Below are positions 1 to 12,590 of a DNA stretch of 41,209 bases, in pieces. Source of the DNA: Coniocarpon cinnabarinum (taxonomy: Eukaryota); contig JAVECO010000194.1 of NCBI GenBank assembly GCA_051942205.1, positions 1 through 41,209 of the forward strand, in the 5' to 3' direction. A model generated the notes under the pieces. It was not told the origin of the DNA. It worked only from the letters and a program-made list of their open reading frames with translations, and ran no database searches. Both the position numbers and the translations under genes were made by a program. Numbering within the stretch: the first letter of the stretch is position 1; each line of letters opens with the position of its first letter.

Positions 1-507
1 TTCCACGGCCTCTCCACCACCCCCTTCTCCCCCGAAACGTCTCAAATCCTCCTCCAGCCCCTCGACCCCGCCGATATCGAGCTTAAACCCGACGGCATCG
101 TCTACCTCCCCGAGATAAAATACCGCCGCATACTGAACCGCGCCTTCGGGCCAGGCGGCTGGGGATTAGCCCCCCGCAGCGAAACCATCGTAACACCTAA
201 GATGGTAACGCGGGAGTACGCGCTCTTGGCGCACGGGCGCCTCGTGAGCGTCGCGAGGGGGGAGCAGGATTACTTCGAGCGCGAGGGCATCCCGACGGCG
301 ACGGAGGGGTGCAAGAGTAATGCGTTGATGCGGTGTTGCAAGGATTTGGGCGTGGCCAGTGAACTGTGGGATCCGAGATTCATTCGACGGTTTTTGAAGG
401 AGAGTGGACGACAGTGCTGGGTGGAACATGTGGTCTCCAAGAAGAAACGGCAGGTTTGGGTGAGGAAGGGGGAGGAGGTGGGGTATCCGTACAAGGAGTC
501 GAAGTGA
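1..507 (+). CDS. MGM101: Mitochondrial genome maintenance protein Mgm101 (Rad52-like), 5'-truncated by the window edge
   Basis: Frame open from base 1: FHGLSTTPF...[38 protein letters not shown]...REYAL...[32 protein letters not shown], the characteristic Mgm101 core; stop TGA 505-507. Confidence 0.95.
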   Translation, partial: FHGLSTTPFSPETSQILLQPLDPADIELKPDGIVYLPEIKYRRILNRAFGPGGWGLAPRSETIVTPKMVTREYALLAHGRLVSVARGEQDYFEREGIPTATEGCKSNALMRCCKDLGVASELWDPRFIRRFLKESGRQCWVEHVVSKKKRQVWVRKGEEVGYPYKESK

Positions 508-865
508 TGGCTTGGATGACTTAGGGGGAGCGTCTGGATGTGGTGGTGACTAGGCTGCTGTTTTCGGAGTGGTAGTGGGAATGGTCAGGCGACGTGGAGC
601 CTTGTCGTTCTCCGATCGGTTTTTTTGGAGGTCGACATCAGGCATCAGCATAATGACGAGGAGTAAGAATATGATTTCAGCCAACGGCAATTTCTTTTGT
701 CCGAAATCTGACGAACGAATTGGCGAAGTCGAAAGGAGCGCGCATGAGTGCGGATACCGAAAAGGCTGCTCGGCAGCTTGTGTACTACTACATAGCCTCT
801 AGATGATCATTGGGGCAAAGACCCATCTCTGCACCTCAGAATTCTGTCTGGTTCCCTACGCATGC

Positions 866-1937
866 TCATCGCCCAGTGTCCACGCCACTGCTCTTTGCTT
901 CCTGGTTTCCACCAAACATCCAACCACTCCAGCCCTTACTCTGTCGCCTTTCGTCGCCAGCCGATCGTCCGTCCTCGCTCACATCCTCCTGTCCAATAGT
1001 TTCAAACTCGTGCTCGCTCCGATTGCGCGATACAGTGTGCTCAGACTTTCCTTTAGATCCTGATGCAGCAAGATGTATCGTCTCCTCCTCTTTATCATAC
1101 GCACTCAGCAATGTCCTCAATCGGTCCCGCTGTCCAGTGATGTATCCAAGACGCTCCCGGTCGCTGGATAAATGCTCGGGGATGAGTGGCTCGCCCCTGG
1201 ATCCACTCCCAGCCGGACCGCTGACGCTTCTAGAGCCGCCAGCGGTCGCAAGATTGCTCGCCTGACTGAGAGCGGTATTGAGCAAGCCCGCCATACTGCT
1301 AGCTCCCGCAGCCGTGGCACCGGCTCCCTCTGCCTCAGGTGCGATGAATCGTCCAAGCAGGCTTGCGACATAGGTATTAGCGCTGGGAGGCGCATGGCGG
1401 ACCTCCTCTTCTAGATTCCGCTGCTTGCGCACGTCTTTACCAAACACTCTCTGCTGAATCATGGCCCAAAGCTCGCCGGCGTGCTGCAGTGCGAATTCGA
1501 CACCGGGAATGCTCTTGACGGTGTCATGTGCGTCTTTGATTGCATCTTCGATCTTTTTCTCGTGTTGGCGGAGGACTGGAGCCATGTACGTATTGTAGAG
1601 GTATGCTGCGCCCTGACCGGGACCAGGCAGGAGGAGGTATATGTGCAGGCCTAGACGAGCGAATGAATAGAGAGGTAGAGAAGGTATGATGGGCGTGTAG
1701 GATTCAACGAGGGAGAAAGAGGATTGAACCAGGAAGTACGTCAGCCATGGTGCGTAGAGGGCTCGGGTTTGCTGTGGTGTCTGGGGTGGCGGGGATGAAA
1801 GTGCCTTATGAGATGCGTAGATAGGAAAGAGGATTGTGAGCGTCCTGAAGCCCGGCACACGGGTTAGCGTTGGTGAGCGTGCGGTATACTTGCATATGTA
1901 CGTACGTGAGCGAGTTGGGCAGGAAGTCAAAAAACAT
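866..1937 (-). CDS. HVA22/TB2-DP1 (Yop1/REEP-related) membrane protein, about 336 aa; exons 1937-1906, 1844-866
   Basis: ATG 1937 gives MFFDFLPNSLT. A 61-nt intron 1905-1845 (GTACGT...GCTAAC...CAG) joins it in frame to TLTILFPIYASHKAL...PWLTYF...LPLYSFARL..HIYLLLP...GAAYLY..Y..P, matching the TB2/DP1/HVA22 pattern. Confidence 0.85.
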
Positions 1938-2126
1938 CCTGCTGCTGCTTTTCCGCGAGGTTTGCTGGATTTCAGAGGGTGAGAGAAAAGGCTCAAGATC
2001 AAGGCTTATGAGATGGATACTCGGCTGCCTTCAACACAGATGCAGGTACCACTCCAAGCCGCAGAATGACAGAATTGCTGATTGCCTGATAGTGGATCAG
2101 AGTGCAGATGACATGCGGTCGGTCAC

Positions 2127-2162
2127 GGCGGGGTGGGCGGGGTGGGCGGGGTGATGGGGCGG
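2127..2162. repeat. (GGCGGGGTG)x3 tandem repeat / G-rich element in a divergent promoter
   Basis: ggcggggtg ggcggggtg ggcggggtg atggggcgg lies between the divergent starts at 1937 (-) and 2337 (+). Confidence 0.85.
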
Positions 2163-2336
2163 AACCGCAGCCTCGCTGGTGGCACAGCCACGTGACGTGA
2201 TATCGATCGCATTGCTGAGACATCGAACGAGTGCGCATCCAAGCCGGGGTGTTGACTCATCGACGCTTCTGGTCCAGCGTATATATTCATCGTCGCACGA
2301 CGTGCGTACTCACCGCAAGAATGTAATCAGTCAATC

Positions 2337-3331
2337 ATGTGTCTTGCCGTCATATCTGCAAAGCACCCGGCATATTCCTTTGTCCTACTCAGCAATCGTG
2401 ATGTAGGCAGCACCCAATTCTCCGAAATTCTGCAGGCTAATGGCGAGCGCAGGAGGTTCTAGACAGACCCACTGCGGCTGCGCACTGGTGGGACGCACCA
2501 AACAGTCACGTCCTAGGCGGCCGAGATCTGGAGCACTCTGCGCAAGGGACATGGCTAGGTGTGACCCGACAGGGCAGGATCGCCCTGCTGACCAACTTCC
2601 GAGAGGAAAGGGCCAATGTATCTGAACGGAGCAGAGGCGAGATTGCAAAGTCGTATCTTACTTTGCCGCCAGACTCGGTTGAGACGCCCAAGCAGTTCGC
2701 AAAGCATTTGGTGGAGACCGAAGGCGTACGAGGTATGGGAGGCTTCAGCCTCATCTTTGGAGAGCTGCGCAAGGATCAGACGACTGGCAAACGCGCACCT
2801 CTCGGCGTCGTCTCCAATCGAACGCCAGACGCTGAAGGTGTGACATGGGTCGCGGGCACGGATAGCGAAACTCAAGCTTGGACCTGTGCACTGAGCAATT
2901 CTCTCTACGGCGACGAAGAGTGGCCTAAGGTGCGCACGGCGCAGAGCTTGCTTGAGGCCGCCATCAAGGAGAGTGCTGAGATCAATGAGAGCGAAGGAGA
3001 GCTTCTGAATAGGTTCTTTCGTCTACTGTCAACGGATACGCTTCCTAAACGACAAGCCGAGGAGCCGTTTTGGATGTTTACGCGCAAGCTTAGAGAAAGC
3101 ATCTTCGTCCCGCCATTTGACGGGGCTGATCGCTCAACCATCGGCAACGGGCAAGCTCAGTCAGGCGAGCCAGTCAATCCTCGAATGTATGGCACGCAAA
3201 AACAGACAGTCATATTGGTGGACCATGCTGGGAGAGTAAAGTTCGTGGAGCGAACACTATTCGACAGCCTAGGTCGCCCTCTGAGTGCGTCCGAGCGAGA
3301 TCGAGAGTTTGAATTCCAGATGCATAGCTAG
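2337..3331 (+). CDS. NRDE/TANGO2 family protein (DUF833), about 314 aa; exons 2337-2402, 2453-3331
   Basis: MCLAVISAKHPAYSFVLLSNRD, then intron 2403-2452 (GTAGGC...GCTAAT...CAG), then EVLDRPT...GGRDL...GTWLGVTRQGRIALLTNFRE...SRG...SN...WPKV...YGTQKQTVILVD...FVER. The NRDE motif is split by the intron. Confidence 0.92.
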
Positions 3332-3751
3332 TCGATGGTCTATAGCGGGAACACTGTCCGTTGCGATTCGCTAAAGTCGATGCGTACCGCTGCATGCACT
3401 CGTAAAGCTTTGTATGGTGACATCTTGCACGTCAGCTAATAGAGGCACCCGATCTCCAAGCAGGTTTGCAAGTTTTATAGCTGTATTGGGAGAGTCGCCG
3501 GGTCTTTGCAACAGTGTTCCACAAACGTTAGGAGACATGGAACGATCGACATTAGAGGCCTCATATGTCTCGCTTGATTACTCCAATTTGCTTGAATATG
3601 GAAAGGCCCAGCGACGTGAGAGGCATTTAATCTTCACAAAACAGCACCTGAGAAACTGAAGAGGCCTTCTTTGCTGGTCTGAAATGGACGTGAGAGTTTG
3701 TTGTGAAGTCGTAAATATTACAGCACCTTGCTCGTCTTCCACAACGCAAAA

Positions 3752-4846
3752 TCACCGCCAGCGTGGGCCACTTCTCCATGCTCGATCGTCATATCGGGGC
3801 CGTGCCGTGTAGGCGGGGCGATAGTCTTGACGGGGGCGGCGATCGTATGCATCTGTGAAACCGTATCGCCCATCTTCGTAGCCGTTCGAGTGGTAGCGAG
3901 GGGGCCCGCGGTCATAGCCATCGCGGCTGAGCCTTCCATCGTCCCGAGCAGGCTCGTCTCGTCGCGAGCGAGAAGACGTGTCCACATCCATCATCACATC
4001 GTCCTTTGCAGGCGGAGGAGGTTGGGTATCTTCAAGCTTTGACTGATCGCGAACGGTGTCGTTCTTCTGCGATGAGCTTGATGCGGGCGGTGATGTTCGC
4101 GCGACTTTGCGATCGCCCTCCAGGTTATGCACGGGGGAAGGTGGGCCGGGCTTGATGTATACATAGAGTAAATGGCCATCTGCCATGGAATTGTTGAAGA
4201 CGTTGACAATGTTCTGGGCACTTTCTCTTTTTGTGAAGACCGCTTCAGCAATCAACTGAGGACGGTCGGTGACTATCACGCAGCTCAACATGTCATCCAC
4301 GTGCGACTCGAAGGCAAGTCGGATATCGTCAGGCGTGGTGCCATTTGCGAAATTTGAAGCAATCACGCAATACGGCCCTGGATTCGCCTTTCCCCGGATG
4401 CTTAATTGTGGACCTGATGCACTACGGATGTTGAACTGAGAATTTGAACCATTCACGGCTGTGTCTCGCTCGATAGCATCGCTTAGTCCACGGTCGAGGC
4501 GAGATGAGGAGGTTGTTCGCGAAAGGCCTTGAGCTTTGTGGAGATCATGAGTCCATTGCCCGTTAATATTCGATTTCGGTGCTGGAGAATTCTTCTTGTG
4601 GACTCCGACTCGGCTTGCAAGGCTTCCAGGACCTCCAGCTTTGCGGTTAGAGGTAGCTCCAGGGGCACTGGCGCGACGCCCGCCGCCCAACAGTTTCTCA
4701 GCAAGTTCTTGATTCTTTTTCTTCTTGCGATCTGCAGATCAATTGCATTAGTATAGTTCAGCTTGATCAATTTCACAGTAGCCCTCACCGGCCTGGATCA
4801 ATGCCTCAAACGACGCTGCCGCTCCATTGCTGCGGGCGTTGTTCAT
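3752..4846 (-). CDS. Conserved fungal protein with a degenerate RRM-like domain and R/D/Y/G-rich tail, about 345 aa; exons 4846-4789, 4731-3752
   Basis: MNNARSNGAAASFEALIQA, intron 4788-4732 (GTGAGG...ACTAAT...CAG), then DRKKKKNQELAEKLLGG...GQWTHDLH. An RRM-like block follows: VIASNFANGTTPDDIR...AEAVF...FNNSMADGHLLYV. Confidence 0.75.
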
Positions 4847-5717
4847 GATAACGTTAACACTTAAGCGTCTCTTCCTCTACGAGAGCATTGGGACTATGTC
4901 GCAAGACACTCTCATTTCAGGTAACAGCGAAAGGTGAAGAAGTGAAAATCAGCAGAGGGGTGATTGTGACGTGGAAGGGCGGGTTCACGGATTCTATAGG
5001 CAAGTTCAAGAATTCCAACGCGTCGAGAGCACAGCACGAATAGCTTGAATACCACGCTATACCTCATCTGGACTAGCTCGTCGGCGCCAACAACACGAAA
5101 CTCCAAGCACTTAAAACTGTGTCTTTCTCGTTTTCCTCACAGTTAACGTTCTAGGCCATTGGTAGCAACACCTGCGGTCGGTGCACAGCTATCTATGACC
5201 GCAAAGCCAACACCTATTTAATCTCTAATTTAGCTCTTTTGCGACATGAGTAATATTGGTAAAGCGTGGAAAAAATTTTTGTATCATGAAAGATCTTGCC
5301 GCGACTGAACGTGATGCGGTTCCAAAATGTTTATGGCGTGATACCGCTTATGTTGCTCACGCAACATTTCATGGAAGATTGTTTAATAGCCCTGTAGTAC
5401 TCACGTCGACCCGATTGCCTGGCACGCTTAATCGGATGGGTTCTCCCTATCATAGACTCTTCCTCTGCTGTAGCTCAGACAATTTTAAAGATCAAACTAC
5501 AGCGAAGTCTATCGTAATTTGCAACGTGTAATCCTTGAGTGCTTACACACGGTCATCTCACTAGAGAATACCACAGTCAAGATCGAATGCGGTCAGAGAA
5601 GCTTCGAGCATCAACAGGACAGAACTACAAGACTTAGAGTCATCCCGTACTGCACCTTGAGATTGACATCGCAGCCTCGGCTTTGACGGGCAATCACCAC
5701 TTGATATTGTACGAGGC

Positions 5718-7175
5718 ATGGACAGAGCGACGAACATTGCCGTCACGGTCGACTACCAAGACCCATACGTGGAACCACTGATTCTAGACAGTTTGAAGAA
5801 GCATCTACCCAAAGATCGAACACGCTTTCTGAAGCATGACGAAGATGTTGATTCAAGAGGATGTTGGTTGCAGTGGCGAACCTACGAAACAATCGATTTC
5901 GAGCGTGCCTTATTGCATCACTCGATCGACAAACCCCATATCTTCAACGCCTACATCATTCGCAAAGCTCTGATAAGAAAGCATTATCTGGCGCATACGG
6001 TGCTTTCCCATGTCACGAAGCACCCATCATCTATTCTCAAAACGGCTTTTCCCACCACGGTAGACTTTGAACTTGACTACGCCGAATTTCTCGATGAAGC
6101 TTTGGCTGAGGCATTTGAGCTACGAGAGAGCTTCGAACGAAATGTCGATAAATTGCCTGAGGATCGAGAATGGTGGATTCTCAAACCGAGCATGAGCGAT
6201 CGTGGTCAGGGTATTCGTTTGTTCAGCACGGAAGATGATCTGCGCGCCATATTTGAGGCATGGGAAGCCGAGCTGTCCGATAGCGATGACGATGAGAACG
6301 ACTCTAGGCGCTCAGAAGAAGCGAGGCAGTTGTCCAAGATACCTCTAGACGGCATCGTGACAAGTCATCTCCGGCACTTTGTGGCTCAAAGATACGTCGA
6401 GAGCCCTTTATTATTTCCACAACCGCCGTTTAGCAACCGCAAATTTCACGTCCGTACCTACGTCGTCGCAGCGGGAGCTTTAAAGGTTTATGTATATGAT
6501 CAAATGCTGGCATTGTTTGCCAGTGAGCCTTTTGCACCCCTATCGCAAGGCGCAAACACAATCAATCCTGAACATGAAGAGGATAAACTTACCGAAGACG
6601 ACGATATCATCCAGCGCATGAAAAATATACATCTCACAAACACATGCATTCAAGCTGCTCAAGACGCTTCTGACATGCAAAATGATTCAGTACATCTATT
6701 GTCGTCGCTGCCACTGGATACTAAGCAGCATAGCTCGATCCGGACTCAAATTTGTGCCATTACCTCCGAGCTATTCACCGCGGCACTGGCATTTCCTACT
6801 AATTTTCAGCCTCTGCCGCAAGCTTTTGAGATCTTTGGCGTGGACTTTATGTGCTCTCCAGAGCCGGATGACTCTGATGATAACGCCATCAATGTGCATC
6901 TACTCGAAGTGAATGCGTTCCCGGATTTTGGACAGACAGGCGATGATCTCAAAGACACTGTAGTCGGTGGGCTTTTCGAGCAGAGTGTGCAATGCGTACT
7001 AGCACCAATGTTTCACATTCACCACGAAAATGGCATTGGAAGAGCTCAAACAGAAGTGGCAAAATGGCAAAACGGACCCAATAGCAATTTAGGTTATGGT
7101 GCGCGCTCTATAGAAGGACGCGATCAAAAGGGCAAGCTTCAAATGGTGCTAGACATTAAGGCCGGCATGTATTGA
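5718..7175 (+). CDS. Tubulin-tyrosine ligase (TTL/ATP-grasp) family protein, Pby1-like C-terminal domain, 485 aa
   Basis: Single long ORF with NAYIIRKALIRKHYL, WWILKPSMSDRGQGIRLF, VAQRYV..PLL, RKFHVRTYV, IHLTNTC, FEIFGVDF and LLEVNAFPDF, which are TTL-family motifs. Confidence 0.9.
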   Translation: MDRATNIAVTVDYQDPYVEPLILDSLKKHLPKDRTRFLKHDEDVDSRGCWLQWRTYETIDFERALLHHSIDKPHIFNAYIIRKALIRKHYLAHTVLSHVTKHPSSILKTAFPTTVDFELDYAEFLDEALAEAFELRESFERNVDKLPEDREWWILKPSMSDRGQGIRLFSTEDDLRAIFEAWEAELSDSDDDENDSRRSEEARQLSKIPLDGIVTSHLRHFVAQRYVESPLLFPQPPFSNRKFHVRTYVVAAGALKVYVYDQMLALFASEPFAPLSQGANTINPEHEEDKLTEDDDIIQRMKNIHLTNTCIQAAQDASDMQNDSVHLLSSLPLDTKQHSSIRTQICAITSELFTAALAFPTNFQPLPQAFEIFGVDFMCSPEPDDSDDNAINVHLLEVNAFPDFGQTGDDLKDTVVGGLFEQSVQCVLAPMFHIHHENGIGRAQTEVAKWQNGPNSNLGYGARSIEGRDQKGKLQMVLDIKAGMY

Positions 7176-7259
7176 TTCTCATTACTTGGGTCTGTCGTTG
7201 TTAGAAATGTGGAGCTAATAATAGGCGTCAGCCTAGAATGCTTCACTGGCGTCGAAGCG

Positions 7260-8882
7260 CTATAGATCTTCACTCTCTGTTCGTCGCTCTGTCGAGACAT
7301 ACGCATGTCGTCTGGACGTATTTCGAGGAGTGTTGACGATGGCTCTCAGAGTTTCACCATCGAGTTCTGAAAAGCACTCATCCGATTCCGTTCGCGCGTG
7401 CTTTGACGCCCGCGGCTCCGCCGCTGTGGCCGTTGAGCTCCGAACATGGCCATGCGCACCATCCATTGCAAGATGTCGTTGAGTCAACATGTCCTCTCTA
7501 CGGCGCGAGCGGATATCGACATCACGTTGGTTGCTTTCTGTTGGCTTGGCGTAGCAAGAATAAATCGTGTCGCAGACGCTGGGCGTCTGACTGACACAAC
7601 GAGCATAATCGTCCTCATTCATCTCATGAGAGCTCCCGCTGGTATCCAGCCCTGACTTCACTCTATGTTGAGCAAGCCTAGAGCCTAACGCACTTGTCGA
7701 TGGCTGTGTGCCTCCACTGGCTAACAGCTTCGGATATCGTTCAGAGACGAAGTCCTTGTCTTGGACAGGCAAGTTTTTGTGGTTGCTGTCAAATGTTACA
7801 CGCCACTGCTGTGCATGATGAGACACATCAGGACTGCAAGTCGCTTGGCGAAGACTTTGTGGCCGAATTGCTGCTTGAACTCTGATCGATTGGCTCGGGC
7901 TGGTGGAGAGCATGCTTTCGTTCGTCGCATCCGCCCTGGTGTCTCCCAACTCTTCATCAACGATTCGGCCGACAGACTCGGCAGAGTGTACACGATACGT
8001 GGTTGGTCGACTCGTGTCGCTATAAGGTATATCGACGGGCGAAGAGTAGGAAAGCTGTTGAACCTCTTTGTCTGCGGACACCTTGGTTAGCTAAGACCAT
8101 ATCTCTCCATCACGACGACTTCACGATGCATTGCCTAGCCGATTACGATTGGGGATGGATGTTCGCTCACGGACAGAAAACTCACCTAATTTGGGAAGTT
8201 CCTCAAGCTCAAGGAGTCCGCCGCTCTTCACGAAATCACCATCACTAGAAACATAGCCACTGTCTCGTATATTCTGAGGGTATTGCGCAGGGTCCAGGCT
8301 CTCAATGGCGAACCCCGCAGTGCCACGCTCATGACGAATGGTCGAGCCTTCGTGTGGTAAGTTTGACCTGAAGACTTTGATCAAGGGCATAGGAGTCGTC
8401 TGTTCACGATTTTTGAGGCTGAAACGAGAACGAGCGCTTTGTAAAAAGGTCTGTGATTTGCTCTGCAGTGCAATCTCCGCAGGACTGCCCTCGTCACCGT
8501 CTTGATGCGCACCGAGCGCGGACACATGCCCACCAGACATGAGATTGTCCTGTCTGGAGCTATTACGTTTCAAAGAGAGGCTGCTGAACATTGCAAACAT
8601 TGACCGAGTTTCGGGTGGTGCTCTTTTGTCCTCGCACCCAGCAGCAATCTTGTCCGAAACTTGTCTTGTATGCTCGTTTGCATCCGGATGATGGCGGGTC
8701 TTACTGAAGATGCCGAAGACGCCTCGAGGCTTCGCTAATCCGGCGGAGCTTTTGGTCTTCCTTTTGATTGACGACGCCAAACGTTTGGGGCCTTTTGCTG
8801 TTGGGTCTTCATGTTTGAGTTTTTTCAGCGGGGGCAACTCTTGCTCTTCAACGCTAGGGGCACGACGTCTGAATCTTAACAT
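7260..8882 (-). CDS. Hypothetical low-complexity Ser/Lys/Arg-rich protein, about 502 aa; exons 8882-8186, 8071-7260
   Basis: Two long same-strand ORFs can be joined in phase by a 114-nt intron 8185-8072 (GTGAGT...GCTAAC...GCAG). No recognised domain. Confidence 0.6.
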
Positions 8883-9924
8883 GATAGTAACTAATGCTAG
8901 TGTGCTATAGAGTTATGAGCAAGGAGTGAGACAGTCACAGCATATTGGAGCACAAATCAAGGACGATAGAGCATCCATCAGAAGGCCAAGCAGGCGCTTT
9001 CGCTCTCCTGATCGGGAAGTAACCTAATCCGATAGCAAGCAAGCTCACGGCTCCTTCCCACACTTGAATCTTCCGTCATACTTAAGCGTTGCTGTTTCCT
9101 CGAAGTCACAACGAATTGTGTGAAGGTGCTTGCGAGTAACATACCGAGAGTTTCAGGCCTTTTGCTTCTCAGGTACTGAGGCTAATTTCGAATGTGGCAG
9201 CTATCAACAGATAAATCAGACGAACTTGACGAGTACCGCAGCCCAAGGTCGTCGTCGTTCTAGCAGTAATAGTAATAGTAGCATTCACACGCCGACCAAC
9301 CCCTGCGTGCCCTGATCCGCAATGTCAAACCAACGACTGATGTGCAACCTTGCCCAGAACACGATTATTCACGGCCAGGTGGGGCACTTGCACCAAAGAA
9401 TGAATATCTTGGCAGGGGCCAATGGGGCTAGCGTTGACCTTATCTTCGGCGCCGCAGTCGAGTCCTACCTGCTCTGGACCATGCGGCGAAGCAGGCATGT
9501 TCAACTGACAGCCAGCATTAGTTGCATGCTCGCCTGTCTTGTTCCAGTATCAACATGACTGCGAACCTGGAGTCGCGCAGCAGATCTTTGTCACAACATT
9601 TGAGTTGGTAATTTTGACGTCCATCCCCTCAGATGAAATTCGGCGCTGACTGTTCAGGCCCGTGCGTTATACGCTTGGGAATGAGCTCCACAAACCGAAA
9701 CTTAAAAAGTATACAGGATGTATCCAGGCAATTCGTACCAAGCGATCCTTCTGGCAACGTGAATGACGAGCTTGTAAGTACCCACAGATTCTGGACTTCG
9801 TCCTCGCTGACTCAAGTAAGCTTGGACACTGCCAATGGCTTGGTAAGGAATACCAGGAGATACTTCGCAAATATGGTCCGTCCTGCAGAGCATCCAGCAC
9901 GAATACCTACTTAGTAATTCTCAG

Positions 9925-11176
9925 AAAATCTTCGCAATGCACTGCTTCGAGCTGGAGCTGAAGAGCAGGTCATCGAGTCAATGGCAGAGGGTCAGCCTGT
10001 GGCAACGGCTCAGTGCAACCCCCGCGACGCCTTATGGTGTGGGAATACGACTGAGTCACAGGCGCAACGTCAACAGGCGGCATTGGCTCAGGCTACCTCT
10101 CATGATGCGTCTTGGTACCAGCCTCACGAAGATGAACTCGAGATCGTGAACAAGGCTATGAGAGCGTTATCCGCTCCTATGGCCCCAACCGCGGAGCAGA
10201 ACGGTGCTACGTCTAAAGGATCTGGTCAGCGCATCGAGGCTCCTGCTTCCAACGGGCTTGGGGGCCTTGATGGACAAGACTGGCACCAGGTTGAGGGAAG
10301 CTGGGATCAACTTTTGTCTCCAGATCATGATCAAGGAGCAAACTGGACATACCTCATTTCACGATCAAAAAGCCCACATTTGGACCGCCATACCGTTTCC
10401 ATCACCAATCTTCCAGCCGACGTTAGCCATAAAGAAATAACTAGTATCGTCCGTGGTGGGCGACTTGTAGAAGTCTGGATTCGCCGAGTCGATCGCACTG
10501 CAGCTGTAACCTTTGAAACCGCTGTATCAGCGTCCAACTTTATAGCCTTTGGTAAGAATATGACACTGACATTGCGAGGCCATAAAGTAAGTGAGCCTGC
10601 CGGGGGCGAGAGCGAGATGAGCTAATGCAATCAGGTCGAGATTGGCTGGAGTGGCCGCCAGTTCGATATTAATCCTCAGCTAAGGGGCAAGCTCTCCAAG
10701 GGTAGGTCTGCTCCTGGGATATAGCTAGGTCCGCCACGCTCATCCGCACAGGTCATAGTCGCAATTTAGTGATAAGAGGTGCGGCCCAAGTTTTGACTGA
10801 GCAAAAGATCCGCCACGACATGGACCACATCCATAATCTAGTCATCATTGCTGTTGTAGTCCAACCACAGGACGTCTTCATTTCCACTAACTCCATCAGT
10901 GCGGCGCAATTTGCACAAACGTGCATGCGATCTCGCAGAGAATACAAGCCATTCCGCATCGAGTGGTATCCGGATGAATGCAACGAACCTTTACCCCCTT
11001 TCCAGACTGCCAAGACAGATCCTGTGAAGGTCGATAAGTCGAAGACAAATCCAGCTCTGACAAATCGATTTGATCTTCTGGATTTGAGTGACGCACTGGA
11101 GCCTGAGCTTGAAGAAGACTCAAGCGACTTATCGGACGGAATCGCTCAGCCGCGGTCCAATGCAACTGACAGTTAA
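9925..11176 (+). CDS. Fungal tandem-RRM protein (Nrd1-like family); 5' exons unresolved, probably upstream to about 9.3-9.9 kb
   Basis: Exons 9925-10586 (NLRNALLRAG...HTVSITNLPADVSHKEITSIVRGGRLVEV...AAVTF), 10635-10701 and 10752-11176 (GHSRNLVIRG...TEQKIRHDMDHIHNL...ISTNSI..A..A.TCMRSR..YK..RIEWYPDEC). Introns 10587-10634 and 10702-10751 are GT-AG and phase-consistent. Confidence 0.78.
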
Positions 11177-11433
11177 TTACAAGGAGAAGATTGGCGCTCG
11201 TTCTTTATTCAAAACAGGACTGATCAGGAAGGAAAGTCGCGTTTCACTGTTTGAAATTCCGATGTATAATTGACCACATTTGTGAATTGTTTCATTAAGA
11301 ATGTAGAAGTAATCGGTATGCTAGAGGATGGGGGATCTCAGCTTGTCGGTAGGCAGTCAATTCCGTGCAATGACTTACTCCAGGAATATGAATAATTAAT
11401 CTAGGTTCATCAATTATTATTGGTACGGGTACG

Positions 11434-12590
11434 TCACAGCTTGCTGTCTGCAGCACCTGCTTTATCATTGAGCTGATCATGCCGGTAGTCGTAATGCCAA
11501 CCCTCTCGAGCGAGATCTGCGCGTATCCCGTAATTGTCTTCGGCATCTTCAACCACCTGCATATCCACGTCCACGACTCCCATACCCTCTTGGCAGCTTC
11601 CCAGTCGTAAGATGGGACCTACAAATGGTAACGTGACCTGCGACAGACCCATATAGCCACGACCTGGCGGACCACCAGCATTTGCAAAGACGACACAGCA
11701 CGTGTTCTCATACGTTCGGCTGACCAGTGTGCTGTCAACGAAGAGTGCTTCAGCAGACGGGTTGTGCCTAAGTCCAGCATCCGAAACATCGCTGAGTGTC
11801 CCTGGGACTTGTCAATCTCAAGTTCCGACTAATCTCACAACGCTATTGCCAAGGACCTCACACTTACAAAAAGTGGGCATAACAATCATCTTGCACCCTT
11901 GTGCTATTAGCTCTCGGAAAGCCTCCGGAAAAGCCAAGTCCCAGCAAACGAGCAGCCCAATTTTCCCAAGCGGCGTATCAATGGCTGGATGCGGCTGTCG
12001 ACCCGAGCTATTGAGGTGCTGACGCTCTGTCGGACCCCACAGATTCTTCTTGGTGTATGAACCAAGGATATCACCTTTATTGTCGATGAAATACGCGACG
12101 TTGGAAAGGTAATTCGGCGTGCTGGAATAATCGGACAGGCCGCCCGTATTCGATGCTGGTGCGTGTGCGTCAGCGGCCTTCATCACTCCTTCTGGAGGCG
12201 TTGCAGAGGCTGCAGGATCCGGTGGTGGCACGTCATCATTCGTCTGCACGATCGTACCGGGCACGATGCAGATGTTGCATTCGCGCGCAAGATCTTGATA
12301 TCTGCGCAGGTATTGCTGCCAGTCTTTACAGAGGGCGGCGAATTTTGGGTCATGTGGCAGCCAGTTGGTGAGGTGGTATTCCGGGAGGACGGCAAGATGG
12401 GCGCCTTGCATCGCTGCTGATCGTATGAAGGTGGCGGCCTTTTCGAAGTTCTTCTCCGGTTGCATAGGCTAGGGAATTCCTAAGTCAAACGTATTGAAAG
12501 AGGGGTAGGGCGAGAAGAAGGGATAGATCTGGTGACGAGCCTTACTTTACAATAAAGCTGAATCACAGCCACCTTGTAATTTGGCGCCAT
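11434..12590 (-). CDS. Nitrilase/carbon-nitrogen hydrolase family protein, about 337 aa; exons 12590-12546, 12468-11868, 11801-11434
   Basis: MAPNYKVAVIQLYCK|PMQPEKNF... The catalytic triad motifs are LAVLPEY (Glu), YTKKNLW (Lys) and GLLVCWDLAFPE (Cys). Introns 12545-12469 and 11867-11802 are GTAAG..AG and phase-consistent. Confidence 0.92.

Noticed and set aside
810..1414. Plus-strand ORFs of 80-151 aa
   Set aside because: Antisense shadows of the HVA22-like gene with no recognisable motifs.
9322..9924. Short + strand ORFs 9322-9558 and 9633-9914 as separate genes
   Set aside because: They contain several splice-like signals and more likely hold 5' exons of the RRM gene; I could not resolve the structure.
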